From the NCBI GenBank assembly GCA_038087875.1, contig CM075978.1:120218001-120282000 (forward strand): a stretch of DNA of 64,000 nt, in the 5' to 3' direction. Shown piece after piece: positions 62,198 to 64,000 of this stretch. Under the pieces are notes generated by a model. The model was not told where the DNA came from and made no database searches. It saw nothing but the letters and a program-made list of their open reading frames with translations. Positions within the stretch are counted from its first letter, which is position 1; each line of letters opens with the position of its first letter. A program made the position numbers and the translations under genes. The stretch comes from Malacoraja senta. Lineage: Eukaryota.

Positions 62198-63272
62198 AGA
62201 GTTGCTGCCTTACAACACCAGAGACCCGAGTTCGATCCTGACTATGGATGCTATCTGTGCAGAGTTTGTACGTTCTGCCCGTGGGTTTTCTCCAGGTGCT
62301 TCGGTTTCCTCCCACATTCCAAAGACGTACTGGTTTGTAGATTAATTGACTTTGGTTAAAAAAATTGTAAACTGTCCCTAGTGTGCTAGTGTACGGGGTG
62401 ATCACTGGTCAGTGTGGATTCAATGGGCCGAAGGGCCTGTTTCCATGCAGTATCTCTAAAGTCTAAATAAACAGAAAGACTGGTGTGGAACGACAGGCCA
62501 AGTAACAAGAATGAACTATGTGGAACTTATTGAACCAGATTAGCAAGTATGGAACTCCCTACCCAACAGCACTTTGGAGTCACTTCACCAGAAGAACTGT
62601 TGTGATTGAAGGCAGCATCTCGTCACCACCTGCCCTTTCTATTCACTCAATAATGCTGCCTGACCCGCCGAGTTACTTGGTTCCTTTGTAAACCTGCACC
62701 TGCAGTTCCTTGTGTCTCGTGCTAAGCACCTTGTTGTGTATGCATAGATCTGTGGCTTAAGATCACGTTTACTTAGACGATTCATATTATTGCTTTTTTT
62801 TTTAAACCATGTTTAGCCAGAAGTTGTATGCTCTCAGAAAGGGTTAGGATTCACTGCGTGAGATTATTTTGCTTAGCTCTTCTGAGGCGTATTTGACGTG
62901 GGTGGCAGGTGTGCGATTTAAACATGTTATCTTATTTTTGTAATCATTTTGTGAAATTAGATAGTCAGGAAAAGTTTCAGAAAGGGAGAGCAGGGCAAGA
63001 GTTCAGCAAAGTAAACAAGTTGGCATCTGGTGTTTTGCAGGAACTCGCAGTTCTGGGTTTTATTTACAGTAACATGATCAGCAAGGATTGTGCACATTAG
63101 AATAATTTCCCATAAGTTGTTGAGTAATGACCAGGTCTAACCATGGAAAAACAGACTGATTGTATTAATTTTCCTGATTCCTCAATTGCTTTGCATACTA
63201 AAAGATACATTAAAGAGATGACATTGCAAATATACTTGGACGCCAGAATCAAATGATTTTACTACCCTAACC

Positions 63273-64000
63273 TGTAAATAGCTCGTTCTAAGCTTCCCCC
63301 AGTCTAGTTTCAGTCAATAAAATACCGAGTCAAGCGCTTGCGCATCTAAACTTTATTTTGGAAAAACACAATAACAATTCCCCACTACTATACCTAACCA
63401 CCGCGGGTTTGATCCTTGTATCTGCTTGTCCAAGCCCTCCTAGCCTCGTGCAAGCAGAGACACTCCAAAAGGTCATGCAGTCCCAAGCGTTCTCCCAGAA
63501 GATCGACACAGGACCTCGTGGGAGCTACCTTTTATAGGTCCCAGAACCTTGAGGAGCCGAATCATATGGGGGTGGTCTCTTTACAGTCCAAAAACAGATA
63601 TCGATTAACACAGTATATGATAGACATTTCCCTAACCCAATAATACAGTAACTAATGCATTGTATTCAAACAAGCTTCTGGAAGGAAGCAAACATAGCAA
63701 CATTTGCCCAGATATTCAAGAAACCCAGACAAGGCTCAACACTTAACCCAATCAACATCTAGCAAAGTAAAGCTTTGCAACAATATTTACAATGTGTATA
63801 TCTGGTTTGCATTCACCCAATCCGGTTCATGCAATTTACACCTAATTGTAAGAATCTGCAGATGTCCCATTCTTTCCCTGCAACTCTTATCTAGGCTCCA
63901 GACAAGCTGGCACCATTCTGCAGCTTGTCCCATTTCTGCAGAAGGCACATTTAAATTGACCAAATGGCCTAGCAGCCTTTACTCAATTTTAGTGTCCCGG
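63273..64000 (-). mobile_element. Probable LTR (ERV-like), truncated by window end
   Basis: In minus-strand order: TATAAAA (63536-63530), AATAAA (63357-63352), terminal ...tttaCA (63273). Confidence 0.55.

Overview
Repeat-rich vertebrate genomic DNA with four N-gaps, most likely from an elasmobranch (skate/ray-like). This is inferred from HE1/V-SINE-like and CR1-like repeats, not from a search. Two genes end tail-to-tail. On + is the last coding exon of an AGPAT4-like acyltransferase (6805-6884). On - is the 3' part of MAP3K4/MEKK4: 16 coding exons traced by hand from 58824 down to the stop at 13527, 1812 nt in one continuous frame, covering the whole kinase domain and including one GC-AG intron. 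The rest is nested mobile DNA: a degenerate DIRS tyrosine-recombinase retrotransposon abutting a Tc1 remnant, many CR1, Rex1/Babar, L2 and SINE copies, and a hAT element with internal long inverted repeats. There are also two composite tandem non-autonomous Helitrons, LTR/ERV remnants, and many Penelope-derived short elements carrying hammerhead-ribozyme-like cores. The best leads are these ribozyme-core micro-retroelements, the Helitrons with 30-38 bp P-like mini-MITEs, an in-frame exonic 5' splice site that would delete the kinase DFG/activation loop, and an ERV-derived perfect hairpin holding the first AATAAA after the AGPAT4 stop. All family and gene assignments come from motif recognition and need confirmation by database search.
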